Shown here: piece by piece, positions 39,036 to 52,997 of the stretch
How positions within the stretch are numbered: position 1 is the first letter of the stretch
Layout of the letters: each line of letters opens with the position of its first letter
Source: an uncultured delta proteobacterium
Lineage (GTDB): Bacteria > Myxococcota_A > Polyangia > Fen-1088
Length of the DNA stretch: 64,000 nucleotides
Assembly: GCA_963796685.1 (NCBI GenBank)
Contig: CAWCMR010000005.1
Span: forward strand, 256,001 to 320,000
Direction: 5' to 3'
The notes under the pieces: model-generated
What the model was told of the DNA's origin: nothing
Seen by the model: the letters and a program-made list of their open reading frames with translations, nothing else
Databases searched by the model: none
Made by a program: the position numbers and the translations under genes

Positions 39036-39773
39036 CCGGGGTGTGGAAGAGGGCGCCATGGACGACGCTTATCTTCGGGGTCTGTGTCGCTCTGGCGGCC
39101 TGTAGCGACAGCGGATCGGGCAACGCCGACGGCGCGGCCGGCACCGACGGTAGCGTCTGCGGCACGCACGCCCATCCCGGCGTGCTCAAGTTGACCGGTC
39201 TTTCGCCGGCGATTGGCTCGACGGTGGTCAACCAGGGGATTGTCCACGGCTTCGTGGTCGTGAACGCCCCCGCGGTGTTCACCAATTTCGGCTTGAACCC
39301 CGGCGCTTCGCACACGGCCGGACCGTCCACGCCGGGCGACCTCAAATTCGGCGTCACGGCGTCGGCGTCGGGCAGCGACCTCATCTACCAACTGACGGTG
39401 GATAGGTGGGCGTACGCGCCCGGCCACGTCGAGTCTCGAGGCGAGCGGCGGATACGAGACCCTGAAGGGTTGTTCCTGGGTCTTTCCCTCGCCACTGTTC
39501 TCCTACGACGTAACTGCAGTTCTGGACGCCGGCACCAGCGAGGCCAAGGGCGCCATCGATGGCGGGGCCATCGGCCCCTACGACGGTCCGACAGCGCTCG
39601 ATGTCCCGGGCGCGCTCGATGGGACCGGCGCGCTCGATGCGCCGAGCGCGGTCGATTCATCCAGCGAGCTCGACGTTCCGCTGGGGCTCGACGGCCCCTC
39701 TTCCGCCGAGGCTCCCGTGCCGGACGCCACGATGGGCAACGGCCCCGCGGTGGACGCGGGAACGACGGACTAG
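39032..39773 (+). CDS. lipoprotein with a 1-nt frameshift at 39434
   Basis: LAAC lipobox; deleting T39434 restores GHVELEASGGYETLKGCSWVFPSPLFSY... through TAG 39773. Confidence 0.65.
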
Positions 39774-40022
39774 AGCACCGAACGGCTTGAATGCTGTGCA
39801 GGATTGAGAGCTTGCGAGGTACGCGGAAGATTCCCCTCGCCCCGCGTAGCGGGGAGAGGTCGTCGTGCGAAGCGCGTCGGGCAAGGGGTTCGGCCATGCG
39901 AGAGAGTGCGCTGGCCCCTCACGCTAGCCCTCTCCCCGCTGCGCGGGGCGAGGGGATTGGAGTGCGCACGTGCGCAGCGACTTCTTGAATTCTCGGCACT
40001 CTCAACCCGTTCGGTGCTCTAG
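39770..40022. mobile_element. MITE-like element copy 2
   Basis: CTAGAGCACCGAACGG...CCGTTCGGTGCTCTAG; collinear with 32019-32270. Confidence 0.85.
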
Positions 40023-40033
40023 GGCGTACGGAA

Positions 40034-42406
40034 TCAGGCCTGGACCGAGGCCGTGGGCGTCTCGGGCGCGCCCGGGCCGGGCGCCATGACGGGCGCCGAC
40101 TCCAGGGTCTGCTCCAGCGCTTCTTGGATGCGCTTGACGAAGGACAGATCGAGATCCTTGCGCACGCTCTCGGGAATATCGACCAGATCCTTGCGATTGC
40201 GATCGGGCAGGATGACCCGCTTGATGCCGGCCCGGTGAGCGGCCAGGACCTTCTCTTTGATCCCGCCCACGGGCAGCACGCTGCCACGCAGGGTGATCTC
40301 GCCGGTCATGGCCACATCGCCGCGAACGCGACGGCCCGTGAAGAGCGAGGCCAGCGCCACGGTCATGGCCACGCCGGCCGAGGGGCCGTCCTTGGACACC
40401 GCGCCGGCCGGCACGTGCAGGTGGATGTCGACCTTCTCGAAGTCGGGCGAAATACCCAGCTCGTCGACGTGGGTGCGCACCCACGACAGGGAGGCGCGCG
40501 CCGATTCCTTCATCACGTCGCCGAGGTGGCCGGTCAGGATCAGGTTGCCCTTGCCGACCATCTGCGAGGCTTCGATGAAGAGGATGTCGCCACCGGAAGG
40601 CATCCAGGCGAGCCCGGTGGCCACACCGGGAACTTCCGTGCGTTCGGCGATCTCCGAGAAGAACTTCTGCGGCCCGAGCAACTCGGCGATCTTCTCGGGG
40701 TTCAGCTTGGGCTCGTACGACTCGCTCTCGGCGACCTTCACGGCGATACCACGAATGACATTGGCCACCTCACGCTCGAGGTTGCGCACGCCCGCCTCGC
40801 GCGTGTACTGCTCGATGATGGTGGTGATGGTCTCGTCGTCGAACACGATCTGTTCGGCGGTCAGGCCGTGCTCGCTGACCTGCTTGGGGGCCAGGTGCCG
40901 CTTGGCGATCTCCAGCTTCTCCTCGCGCGTGTAGCCCGGGATCTCCAGTACCTCCATGCGGTCGAGCAGCGCCGGCGGAATGGTATCGAGGGTGTTGGCC
41001 GTGGCGATGAAGATGACGCTCGACAGGTCGAAATTGACCTCGAGGTAGTGATCCGAGAACGAGTGGTTCTGCTCGGGGTCGAGCACTTCGAGCAGGGCCG
41101 CCGCGGGATCGCCGCGGAAGTCCGAGCCCAGCTTGTCGATCTCGTCGAGCATGAACACCGGGTTCTTGGTGCCCACGCGGCGCATGCCCTGAATGACCCG
41201 GCCGGGAAGCGCGCCGATGTAGGTTCGCCGGTGCCCGCGGATCTCGGCCTCGTCTCGCACACCACCGAGCGAAACGCGAATGAATTCACGCGACAGCGAG
41301 CGCGCGATGGACTTGCCAAGCGAGGTCTTGCCCACGCCGGGCGGCCCCACCAGGCACAGAATCGGTCCCTTCTTGGCCGGCGCCAGCTTGCGCACGGCCA
41401 GGTACTCGAGCATGCGCTTCTTGACCTTCTGCAGGTCGTAGTGATCGGCGTCGAGCACGTTGCGCGCCTGTTCCAGATCCAGCGTGTCGGTGGTCTGCTT
41501 GGACCACGGCAGCTCCACCAGCCATTCGAGGTAGGTGCGCTGGACGGTGTATTCCGCCGACGACTGCGCCATCTGGCGAAGCCGCTCGAGCTGCTTGCGC
41601 GCGACCTTGGCGATCTCCTCCGACATACCGGACGCCTTGATCTTGTCCTCGAAGGTATCGAGATCGCCGCCGTCCTCGCCTTCGCCGAGCTCGTCCTGAA
41701 TCGCCTTCAGCTTCTGGCGTAGGACCGCCTCGCGTTGGTGCTTGGAGAACTCCTCGCGCACCTGGGTGTCGATCTTCTGCTTGACCTTGATGAGCTCGAC
41801 CTTGCGCTGCAGGAGCACGAGCAAGCGGCGCAGGCGCTCGGCCACGTCGACCTCGACCAGGAGCGACGCACGCTCCTCGGCGGAGAGATCCACGGTGGCC
41901 GCCGTGATGTCGCCCAGGCGCGCCGGATCCTTGTTCTGGTCGAGGATCTGCGCCGCTTCGTCGGGGATGTCGGGCGAAATCGCGATGAGCTGCTTGGCCA
42001 CGTCGTAGACCGCCATGCCGAGACCGTCGATCTCGATGGGATCCTTGCGAATCTCGACCAAGGGCTCGTAGGACGCCACCAGGAAGGGCTTTTCCTGCAC
42101 GAAGCCGGTCACGCGGCGACGCTCGATCCCGCGCAACACGGCGGTCACGCGGTTCTCGGCGGCCTTGACGATGCGGACGACCTCGCCCTCGACGCAGATC
42201 CCGTAGAGATCGCTGCCCGCGGGCTCCTCGACGTCGGCGTCTTTCTGCGTGCCCACGAGCAGGTGCACGCCCTTGCCGGGCAGGCTTTCGATGAGCCGCA
42301 GGGAAGACAGGCGCCCGATCTCGACGGGCATCACCGCGCCGGGGAACAACACCAGGTTTCTCAGCGACAACAGGGGCAGGGATTTGGTTGCTTCAGGCGG
42401 GGTCAT
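40034..42406 (-). CDS. lon: ATP-dependent Lon protease
   Basis: [37 protein letters not shown]. Confidence 0.97.
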   Translation of the reverse strand: MTPPEATKSLPLLSLRNLVLFPGAVMPVEIGRLSSLRLIESLPGKGVHLLVGTQKDADVEEPAGSDLYGICVEGEVVRIVKAAENRVTAVLRGIERRRVTGFVQEKPFLVASYEPLVEIRKDPIEIDGLGMAVYDVAKQLIAISPDIPDEAAQILDQNKDPARLGDITAATVDLSAEERASLLVEVDVAERLRRLLVLLQRKVELIKVKQKIDTQVREEFSKHQREAVLRQKLKAIQDELGEGEDGGDLDTFEDKIKASGMSEEIAKVARKQLERLRQMAQSSAEYTVQRTYLEWLVELPWSKQTTDTLDLEQARNVLDADHYDLQKVKKRMLEYLAVRKLAPAKKGPILCLVGPPGVGKTSLGKSIARSLSREFIRVSLGGVRDEAEIRGHRRTYIGALPGRVIQGMRRVGTKNPVFMLDEIDKLGSDFRGDPAAALLEVLDPEQNHSFSDHYLEVNFDLSSVIFIATANTLDTIPPALLDRMEVLEIPGYTREEKLEIAKRHLAPKQVSEHGLTAEQIVFDDETITTIIEQYTREAGVRNLEREVANVIRGIAVKVAESESYEPKLNPEKIAELLGPQKFFSEIAERTEVPGVATGLAWMPSGGDILFIEASQMVGKGNLILTGHLGDVMKESARASLSWVRTHVDELGISPDFEKVDIHLHVPAGAVSKDGPSAGVAMTVALASLFTGRRVRGDVAMTGEITLRGSVLPVGGIKEKVLAAHRAGIKRVILPDRNRKDLVDIPESVRKDLDLSFVKRIQEALEQTLESAPVMAPGPGAPETPTASVQA

Positions 42407-42505
42407 ACGTCTCTCCCAAACTTAGGCGGGGCAGCGCTTCGCCGCAAGCCCGACGGGGATAAAAAAGGCCGCCGATTGGCGCTGGAGGTAGTGTCTTGCC
42501 GCACA

Positions 42506-43433
42506 TCAAAAGCTCCGAGGATTGTCTGTCTTAGCACGACTGTTGAGCTCCTCGACCAATCGGCGGGCTTCCTTGTCGCCGGGGTCGAGCTTGGGCACCA
42601 CGACCTCGATGCGGCAAAACTGGTCGCCTCGGCTGCCATCCTGGCTCTTCACCCCCTTGCCTCGCAGGCGAAGCTTGGCCCCGCTGGAGGTTCCGCCGGG
42701 GATGGTCAGGCGCACGGAGCCGTCCACGGTCGGCACGTCCACCTGGGTGCCGAGGCACGCCTCGGCCAGGGTCAGCGGGAGGGTGAGCTCGATGTCGCGC
42801 CCCACCCGGCGCAGGTGCGGATTCTGGCAGCACGGTCACATCCAGGTACAGATCTCCCGGCTGGCCACTGCGCGGAGCCTGACCGCCCTGTCCGGGCACA
42901 CGCAGGCGGGCGCCGCTGTCGACCCCCGCGGGAACATTGACCTCGACGGTATGGCCCGAGCCGGCCCGCAACGAGCGCCGGGTGCCGAGCGCCGCCTCGC
43001 GAAAGCTGACTTCGAGAGAGCCTTGCATATCGCTGCCACGGCCGCGGCCCCTGGCATGGCCCACAGTCCCACCGCTGCCGCCGAACAAGGAAGAAAAGAG
43101 GTCGCCAAGGTCGCCGAATCCTGCGGAGCCGCCCCCGCCCCGTCCACCCATGCGAAAGTCACCGAAAATCTGCGAGAATGCGTCGGCGTCAAACCCCTGC
43201 GGCATGCCGTCTGCGCCCACCGGCGCCTGCCGAAGCCGGTCGTACTCCTGGCGCTTCTTGGTGTCGGAGAGGACCGCGTAGGCGTCGCCGATCTCCTTGA
43301 ATCGCTCGGTCTTCTTGTTGTCGCCGCCGGTAGCGTCGGGGTGGTTTTGCTTGGCCAGCTTGCGGTACGCCTTCTTGATGGCGTCGGCATCTGCGTTCTC
43401 GGAGACCCCGAGTATGGCGTAGAGATCCTTCAT
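42506..43433 (-). CDS. DnaJ/CbpA-type co-chaperone without Zn finger; frameshift near 42822
   Basis: J-domain with HPD, G/F-rich region; C-terminal domain continues in ORF 42506..42805. Confidence 0.88.
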
Positions 43434-43434
43434 G

Positions 43435-46044
<2,610 letters not shown>

Positions 46045-46122
46045 GGTTCCTGAGCAACTAGGTAAGCACCGGCCGCCCACGGACAAGGTACGTACGGCAC
46101 GTTTAAGTGGGTTCGGATTCTC

Positions 46123-46244
46123 ACCACAGAGAGCACAGAGAGCACAGAGAGCGGAAAGGAAAGGAAAGGAAAGGGGTTTCCCGGATCCTTGAATCCGAGC
46201 TCCTTCTTCTTCCGGGACCTCAGTGTTCTCTGTGCCTCTGTGGT
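46123..46244. repeat. intergenic palindromic repeat (ACCACAGAG.../...CTCTGTGGT)
   Basis: Three CACAGAGAG units mirrored by CTCAGTG/CTCTGTG/CTCTGTGGT; (GGAAA)3 inside. Confidence 0.75.
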
Positions 46245-46250
46245 TTTCTT

Positions 46251-47009
46251 CTACTTCTTCTTCGGCAGACTGAAGAGGGTCATAGGGAAATGCTCGTCGA
46301 AGACGATTTCGACGATGCGGCCCACCATGGTGACCGGTCCGACGGTGACATCTTCCCTGTGCCAGACCAGGACACCATCGACCTTGCGCCAGTCGGAGAA
46401 CCGGGTGATGTAGGGAACCTGTCCGCCCTGCGAGGCCTGCACGCCCTTTTCGAGGACGCGCAGATGGGTCTTGCTATCGAAGCACACCACCGACGGCGCG
46501 CCCTTGGCCTTGCTCAACTCGACGCATTCCCAGCTTTGGCCCGCGGGCACCGGTACGGGTGGCGGGACCGAAAGCGCCTTGCCGTACACCTCGGCGAGCC
46601 GCCATTCCGAGTTCCAGGCCGCAGCGATACGAACGTCCTCGGCCTCGGCGTCCTTGAGCACGCGCAGCCCGCCGATGGGATCCTTGGCCCACGCCGTGTG
46701 CCCGTCGGAGCCGCGCAGAAAGGTTCCCATGTTGGGCATTTCCGAGGTGCTGTAGATCTTTCCCCCGCGCGCGATGCGGGTCTCCTCGACGCTGGTGAAG
46801 TGCATGGACTGGACCGAGATCTCGCGCTTCACGCGCAGGGTCTTGTGCTTCTTCCAGGCTTGCTCGTCGCCGATGGCCTTGGCGTAGTCGGCCAGCACGA
46901 GCGTGGCGTCGCGCAGGGGCGCCGGGGTAACCTCGGCCGTGGGCAGGGTGGCCGCTCCGGCGTCGAGAGCGAAGACAAGGGCGAACAGCGCGATCATGTT
47001 GCTGCCCAT
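46251..47009 (-). CDS. exported hypothetical protein (LolA-like fold possible)
   Basis: Signal peptide; Y.KAIGD..AWKK, FDSKTHL and [10 protein letters not shown] pattern. Confidence 0.65.
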   Translation of the reverse strand: MGSNMIALFALVFALDAGAATLPTAEVTPAPLRDATLVLADYAKAIGDEQAWKKHKTLRVKREISVQSMHFTSVEETRIARGGKIYSTSEMPNMGTFLRGSDGHTAWAKDPIGGLRVLKDAEAEDVRIAAAWNSEWRLAEVYGKALSVPPPVPVPAGQSWECVELSKAKGAPSVVCFDSKTHLRVLEKGVQASQGGQVPYITRFSDWRKVDGVLVWHREDVTVGPVTMVGRIVEIVFDEHFPMTLFSLPKKK

Positions 47010-47116
47010 GCTTGAGCCAGAAACGCGGTTCCGTCAAGCGTGGCCGCGCGTGTGGCCTCGCGCCCCTATGACGGCAAGGCTGGACGAAGCCGCCGCGACC
47101 GCCAGCGACGACCCGG

Positions 47117-48562
47117 CTACTTCGTTCCGCGCGCCAGCTCGAGCGCCTCGTCGAGCACGGGATCGTGGCCGGCGAGCAGAGCGGCGCGGGTCTCCAGCAC
47201 GCGATAGTCGGGCTGGACGCCGCGTCCCTCGATGGCCACGCCCTTGGGCGTCTTGAAACCCGCCACCGGGATCTGCATGACGGCGCCGCCGGGAAGGGCC
47301 TCGATGGTCGAGCCCAGGGCGGCGCCGACGGTGCTTTCGCCCACCACGATGGCGCGCTTCGCTTCTTGCAGCCCGGCGGCCAGGATCTCGGAGGTCGAGG
47401 CGCTGCCTTCGTCCGTGAGGATGATGACCTTGCCGGTGAAGGGCTTCTGCCCCAGCGACGGCGCGGCCACCAGGTTGTTGGCGAAGTCGCGGAACTGGAT
47501 GGTGCCCAGGCTGGTTTCATGCGAAATCAGGCGGGCGGCGACGGGAATGGCCATGCCGCCGAAGCCGCCCGGGTTGCCGCGCAGGTCGAGGATGATGGCC
47601 TTGGCGCCGCTGCGCCGAAAGCCCTCGATGGCCTTTTGCACTTCGCCCAGGATGGGTTCGAGCAGGAAGAAGTTGAAGGCGATGATGCCCACGTCGCCCA
47701 CGCGCGAGACGCGCACCTCGGGCACGATGGGCGGCATGAGCAGGGCTTGCACCGCGGCCCGCGCCGGAGGGTCGCGGGTCAGCATCGCCTCGTGCGCCTT
47801 GTCGGCGGCGTCGAGAAAACGCACGCTGACCTTGCTGCCGGTGGGGCCGGATAGGAGGTGCGCGGCCTGCCGGCGCAGGCGAAAGCGCTCCTCCACCGGG
47901 CGCAACGGGCGCGACGACGGAGGCAGCGCCCCGACGGCCCGGCCCCCGATGTGCGTCACGATGAAGCCTGGTCGCAGCCCGGCCCGCGCGGCCGAGGATT
48001 GGGGGCGCACATAGGTCACCGTGGGCTTGCCTTCAATCGAACGCACGACGGCTCCGGGATCGCCCGTGCCCATCCCGACCTCGGTCACCTCGGCCGCGCC
48101 AGACCTGGCGGGCGCCGGCTCGCCAGCCGGCGGCTCGACCTCGTCACCGGGGCCGTGCACCTCCAGGTGCGACTGGCCGAGCGCCCCCAACATCTCGTTG
48201 AGCAAGCGGTAGAAAGTCGGCTCGTCGGGCGCGGCCAGGGCGAGCGGCTGGTACTTCGCGCGCAGGGCCTGCCAGTCGAGCCCGGCCAGGTTCTTGTCGA
48301 AGTCCTTGTCGCGAACCGCGGTCCACGCCGCGTTGAAGATGGCCTCGCGGATCTGCAGGCGCACCTTGCTCGGGCCCATGGCGTCCGGGGCCGGACCCGC
48401 GGCGGGCTGCAGCGGCGCGAAGGCCGGCGGCTCGGTTGGCCGAGCGGCATGGGGAGACGGCGCGGCGGCAGGAGCCCGTGGCGGCGGCGTTTGCCCCGCG
48501 CAAGCGAGCAAGAGTGAGAGCGCAGAGGCAAGCAACCCCAAGCGCGAGGTCAGTGGGTTCAT
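47117..48562 (-). CDS. S41 family (C-terminal processing) peptidase lipoprotein with PDZ
   Basis: LLAC lipobox, ILDLRGNPGG, SASTSE, VGESTVG, IEGRGVQPD. Confidence 0.9.
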   Translation of the reverse strand: MNPLTSRLGLLASALSLLLACAGQTPPPRAPAAAPSPHAARPTEPPAFAPLQPAAGPAPDAMGPSKVRLQIREAIFNAAWTAVRDKDFDKNLAGLDWQALRAKYQPLALAAPDEPTFYRLLNEMLGALGQSHLEVHGPGDEVEPPAGEPAPARSGAAEVTEVGMGTGDPGAVVRSIEGKPTVTYVRPQSSAARAGLRPGFIVTHIGGRAVGALPPSSRPLRPVEERFRLRRQAAHLLSGPTGSKVSVRFLDAADKAHEAMLTRDPPARAAVQALLMPPIVPEVRVSRVGDVGIIAFNFFLLEPILGEVQKAIEGFRRSGAKAIILDLRGNPGGFGGMAIPVAARLISHETSLGTIQFRDFANNLVAAPSLGQKPFTGKVIILTDEGSASTSEILAAGLQEAKRAIVVGESTVGAALGSTIEALPGGAVMQIPVAGFKTPKGVAIEGRGVQPDYRVLETRAALLAGHDPVLDEALELARGTK

Positions 48563-48605
48563 GTTGCGAGCATTTTAGCAGGCCCAGCGGATCCGGATAG
48601 CTAAG

Positions 48606-49107
48606 CTAGTAACGGACTTTTCTCGAAAGGCCGGCATACGCCGCGAACGGCGCCTCGGCGTCGTCGCAGAGCACGCGCTCGCGCACCATCGCCGAGCTCT
48701 GCGCGCCGCTTTCCAATACCTCGTGGAAGACCGCATCGTCGAAGCCGGCCGCGGCTGCGTCCTGACGGGTAGCCGCATAAAAGACGGCGCGCGGCCGGGC
48801 CCACAGGATGGCACCGAGGCACATGGGACAGGGCTCGCAGACTGGCGTAGAGGTCACACCCGTCGAGGCGAAAGGAGCCAAGCGCGGCGCAGGCGGCGCG
48901 GATGGCCTGCACCTCGGCGTGCGCCGTCGGGTCGTTGTTCGCGACCACCGCGTTGGCGGCGCGGGCGATCACGGCACCCTCCTTGACGATCACCGCGCCA
49001 AACGGGCCGCCCTGCCCGGCCTGGGCGCCACGCACGGCCTCGGCGATGGCCATGCCGAGAAACCTCTGCTTGTCGGCCGAAGATGGTCCGATCACGGTGG
49101 GGCTCAC
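48606..49107 (-). CDS. nucleoside/guanine deaminase (GuaD-like); frameshift at 48841
   Basis: GGPFGAVIV, DPTAHAEV, then CEPCPMCLGAILWAR in another frame. Confidence 0.88.
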
Positions 49108-49829
49108 GTGCGCGCTCCGAAGATCGCCGTGCCCACGCGCAGGATGGTCGCGCCCTCGGCGATGGCCACCTCCAGATCGTGGCTCATGCCCATGGACAGG
49201 TGGGACAGGTCGACGTTGGCCCGCTTCTGCCCGCGCTGCTCGTCGCGCAGCCCGCGCAAGGCCGCGAAGAATGGCCGCGACAGCTCGGGCTCCTCGTCGT
49301 AGGGCGGAATGACCATCAAGCCCGTGCAGCGCAGGTGCGCGTGGCCGGCGAAGGTGTCGAGCACCGCTGCCAGATCCGCGGGGGCGATGCCGCTCTTCTG
49401 CGTCTCGCCGGCCACGTTGACCTGGACCAGGCACTCCTGAATCACGCCGAGCGCGCCTGCCTTGCGGTCGATGTCGCCCAGAATCTCTCGCGAGCTGGCC
49501 GAGTGAATGAGCGCCACGCGGCCGGCCACGTATTTGACCTTGTTGGCTTGCAACGGCCCGATGAAATGCCAACGCGGCAAGGCCAATCCCGGCGGGGCCG
49601 CCACCATCGCGGCCACGGCGGCGCGCTTGTCGCGAAACTCTTGCCCGTAGCTTTCGGCGAAATCCACCTGCCCGACAGCCAGCGCGGACACGACGTCTTC
49701 GGCCGGCACGGTCTTGCTGACCGCCAAAAGGCACGGCGGCTCGACGGTGCGACCCGCCTTGACGACGGCCGCGTCCACGCGGGCGCGCACGTCGCGAAGG
49801 TTGGCCGCGATGTGCTCGGCCCGGGTCAC
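49104..49829 (-). CDS. yggS: PLP homeostasis protein YggS
   Basis: LLAVSKT, WHFIGPLQANK, LSMGMSHD, LRVGTAIFGAR. Confidence 0.93.
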   Translation of the reverse strand: MTRAEHIAANLRDVRARVDAAVVKAGRTVEPPCLLAVSKTVPAEDVVSALAVGQVDFAESYGQEFRDKRAAVAAMVAAPPGLALPRWHFIGPLQANKVKYVAGRVALIHSASSREILGDIDRKAGALGVIQECLVQVNVAGETQKSGIAPADLAAVLDTFAGHAHLRCTGLMVIPPYDEEPELSRPFFAALRGLRDEQRGQKRANVDLSHLSMGMSHDLEVAIAEGATILRVGTAIFGART

Positions 49830-50440
49830 GGCGAAACCCCGAAGGCCGGCGGGGGATAGCCGGGCAGGGCTTCGAGGGCGCGCAGGTCGGCGATGACCTC
49901 GGCCACGGGCAGGCCCACCACGTTGGTGAACGAGCCGCGCACGTCGGTGACGAAGCTGCCTGCGATGCCCTGGATGGCGTAAGCGCCGGCCTTGCCGCGC
50001 CATTCGCCCGAGGCCAGGTACGCCGCGACCTCCTTGACGTCGAGGGAGCGGAAGGTGACGAAGGTGCTCACCAACCGGGCGACCGCGCGCTCGCCCAGAC
50101 GAATGCGATAGGCGGTCAGCACCTCGTGTCGGCGGCCGGCCAGCTTCTGCAACACGACCTCGGCCTGCGCCTCGTCCGCGGGCTTGCCCAGGATCTCCGG
50201 GCCGATGGAGACGATGGTGTCGGCGGCCAACACCGCCAGCGTGGTGGCGCCCTGACGCGCCACCGCGGCGTCGCATTTCTCGGCGGCCACGCGCACGGCA
50301 TAGTCGCGCACCGGCTCGCCCTCGCGCACGGCCTCGTCGATGTCGACAGGGGCGATGGCCAGGGCCAGGCCCAGGCTTTCGAGCAATTCGCGTCGCCGCG
50401 GCGAGGCCGAGGCCAAGATGAGATCGGGGGTACGGTTCAC
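49826..50440 (-). CDS. maf: Maf family nucleotide pyrophosphatase
   Basis: LILASASPRRRELL, AADTIV, GKP, KAGAYAIQG, NVVGLP. Confidence 0.93.
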   Translation of the reverse strand: MNRTPDLILASASPRRRELLESLGLALAIAPVDIDEAVREGEPVRDYAVRVAAEKCDAAVARQGATTLAVLAADTIVSIGPEILGKPADEAQAEVVLQKLAGRRHEVLTAYRIRLGERAVARLVSTFVTFRSLDVKEVAAYLASGEWRGKAGAYAIQGIAGSFVTDVRGSFTNVVGLPVAEVIADLRALEALPGYPPPAFGVSP

Positions 50441-50597
50441 GGTGCCAGGCAGTATAGCGGTTTGGGAATCTCTCGGTGGCACGCAGCTTAAGTCAGGAGC
50501 CCAACCACCGATAGAAGGCTCAGTGCAGCGTCAGCATGGAAAGTCACCGGTGAATCCCTGCCGGAGCCAGGCATAGGGCCACGTAGCGAGAGACGAT

Positions 50598-52910
50598 ATG
50601 GGACGAGCATATGCCAAGAGAAGGAAAGCCGAGGACGCCAGTGGTCCCGTTCGCGCGCTTTTCGATCGCGCGCTCAGGTTCATCGCGCTAGCCGGCATCT
50701 ACGGTGCCTTGCTGGCGCTCGTTGTGGTCAAGGACGCCACCGCGTACCCCTTTGTATTTCTCACGACGATCCTCTTGCAGGCAACGATCGGACTCACCGT
50801 GCCCGCCTTTCTGGTGCTGGTGTGGCGCCAACCTTCCTTCCGCCCCCGGCGCGCGTGGCTCTCTATCGCCGTAGGCGCCTATTTCGTGGCTCTTTCGGTT
50901 TCCTGCGCTTTCGCCTTCAACCGGCACCGGTCATTCTGGGGCGCGCAGGACCGGATGGGCGGTCTCTTCTCCCTGGCCCACTTCTTCGTCTGGTACGTGA
51001 TGGCCACATCGTTGCTGCGCTCGTGGCGGGATTGGCGGCGGCTACTTCACTGGCAAGTGACGCTGGGTTTCTACGTGGCGCTGACGGCGCTCCAAGACCT
51101 GAGCAAGCCGGGCTTCGAGCGGATCTCCGGCGTGCTCGGCAACCCCATCTACTGCGCCACCTACCAGGTGTTCATCATCGGTATTCTCGCATTGCTCTGG
51201 GTCCGCACCAGAAATTTTAGACTACGAGCGCTCTACGCTGTCGGAGCCATCCTTTCACTCGCCACACTTGTGCTCTCTGGATCGCGCGGGCCGCTGCTCG
51301 GCCTTGTTTCTGGCTTGATTGTGGTGGCCTTGGTGTGGACGGTTACTGGCCGTCACTGGCGCTACCTGGTCACCACGGTGGGAGCTCTGTTGTTGGCTGG
51401 CGCCAGCTACATCCTGGTGGTGCGAATGGGACCTTCCTGGAATTATCTGCACCTGTTCAGCAAGAGCAGCGATGATGCACGCCCCATGATCTGGTCGATG
51501 GCCTTCGCTGGATTTCGCAGTCACCCGCTGCTGGGTTGGGGACCTGAAAATTACGAAGCGATTTTCGACGCCCACTTCCTGCCGCAGTTCATTTGTAAGG
51601 GGGGCTATGGCGAATGGACTGACATCGCACACAGTCTGCTCTTCGAACACCTCGCTACCACCGGCGCCTTGGGAACGTTCGCCTTCGTCGCGGTATGGGT
51701 TGCTTTCGCGCTGACACTGCGGCGCGCCTTTCGGCGAGGGTGGATCGAAACACGGGCCTTCTACGTGCTACTCGGACTCTCCGTTGCGTACCTCGTGCAG
51801 GGCCAGTTCATCACCGATAGTCCCAGCTCCCACGCGATGCTGTTCCTGCTGCTGGCCATTGGTTGCGCCGCCGGGTTCTCCGAATTCGCTGCCCAAGCCA
51901 TACCGCCGGTGCAGCCGTTCGTCGCCGCACGCCCTGTCGGAATCGGAGCGCTGGCGATGGCGGCTCTTCAGGCCGGCGGAGTCATGCTGGCCTGGCACGG
52001 ATCGGTCATGCCAGCACTGGCTTCGCATGCAAACCTGCAGTCCACCGTTGCCCTCAACCAGGGTGGTTGCGGCGCGATGCTGGAAAACGCCCGGCGCACC
52101 GCCGCCATGACAACACCATGGTCCGAGGATCAATTGACCGTCATCTCGCATACCCTGCGCGATTTCGCCAAGGAAGACAGGCTCCGGTCCTGCCCGCAGT
52201 GGCGTGACCTGTACGAGATCGCCCGGCAAAAGGCCGACGCAGTCTACGCAGGGAAGCCTGAGCATTTCCGGTTTCGTGGAGTCATGCCGTCGCTAGCGTT
52301 CATGCTCGGCTTCAGAGCCCACGACCCGGAGTTGATCAATGAGGCCCAACGACTCTTCGAGGCGCTGATTGCCGGCAGCCCTCAGCGGCAGCTCTACCGC
52401 TACCAGTTCTCCAACCTGCTCGCCGAAACTGGCCGCCTGCAGGCAAGCAGCGACCAGTTGGCTCAAGCGGTCGCGGCGGATCCAGAAATGGGCGAGTCGC
52501 TTTGGAGACTGGGTGTCTTTCGCTGGCAGCGTGAGAGTCAGGCCCAGATTGGCTCGAAGCTGATCGTCCAGGCAGCCGACGGAACCTGCCGACACGCGCT
52601 TTCCAACTCGGGGGAAGCAATGCTGCTGGCGCGCGCCTTCTTGGTGCAAGGCGACCTGGCGGGCCTGCGGTCGATGGGGCGGCGGCTCTCGGAAATGGCC
52701 CCAGGGGCCCCGCCACAGACATCCGATTATCTCGAAATCGCCCGCTTGGATGAGCAGGCCGGGCTACTCACCGAGCGCGACCGAATGCTGCGAATCGCTA
52801 CCCTTCGTGATGGTGCGCTTGGTGTACGACTGGTCCCGCTCTTTGACGGGCGAGCAAGCACCATCGCCGAGGCCGAGGGGCTCGCGGCGCTGGCGGCGAC
52901 GAACCCGTAG
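50598..52910 (+). CDS. O-antigen ligase (Wzy_C) family protein with C-terminal TPR-like region
   Basis: Multi-TM; GVLGNP, SGSRG, HPLLGWGPENY, DIAHS motifs. Confidence 0.85.
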   Translation: MGRAYAKRRKAEDASGPVRALFDRALRFIALAGIYGALLALVVVKDATAYPFVFLTTILLQATIGLTVPAFLVLVWRQPSFRPRRAWLSIAVGAYFVALSVSCAFAFNRHRSFWGAQDRMGGLFSLAHFFVWYVMATSLLRSWRDWRRLLHWQVTLGFYVALTALQDLSKPGFERISGVLGNPIYCATYQVFIIGILALLWVRTRNFRLRALYAVGAILSLATLVLSGSRGPLLGLVSGLIVVALVWTVTGRHWRYLVTTVGALLLAGASYILVVRMGPSWNYLHLFSKSSDDARPMIWSMAFAGFRSHPLLGWGPENYEAIFDAHFLPQFICKGGYGEWTDIAHSLLFEHLATTGALGTFAFVAVWVAFALTLRRAFRRGWIETRAFYVLLGLSVAYLVQGQFITDSPSSHAMLFLLLAIGCAAGFSEFAAQAIPPVQPFVAARPVGIGALAMAALQAGGVMLAWHGSVMPALASHANLQSTVALNQGGCGAMLENARRTAAMTTPWSEDQLTVISHTLRDFAKEDRLRSCPQWRDLYEIARQKADAVYAGKPEHFRFRGVMPSLAFMLGFRAHDPELINEAQRLFEALIAGSPQRQLYRYQFSNLLAETGRLQASSDQLAQAVAADPEMGESLWRLGVFRWQRESQAQIGSKLIVQAADGTCRHALSNSGEAMLLARAFLVQGDLAGLRSMGRRLSEMAPGAPPQTSDYLEIARLDEQAGLLTERDRMLRIATLRDGALGVRLVPLFDGRASTIAEAEGLAALAATNP

Positions 52911-52997
52911 GGCGATTGGTGAGCCCCGCGGCCGAACAGGAACAGGCTGCACGGCTGGCCGTGGCTGGCGGCACGTGGCATGTATGGGCAGAAGATC

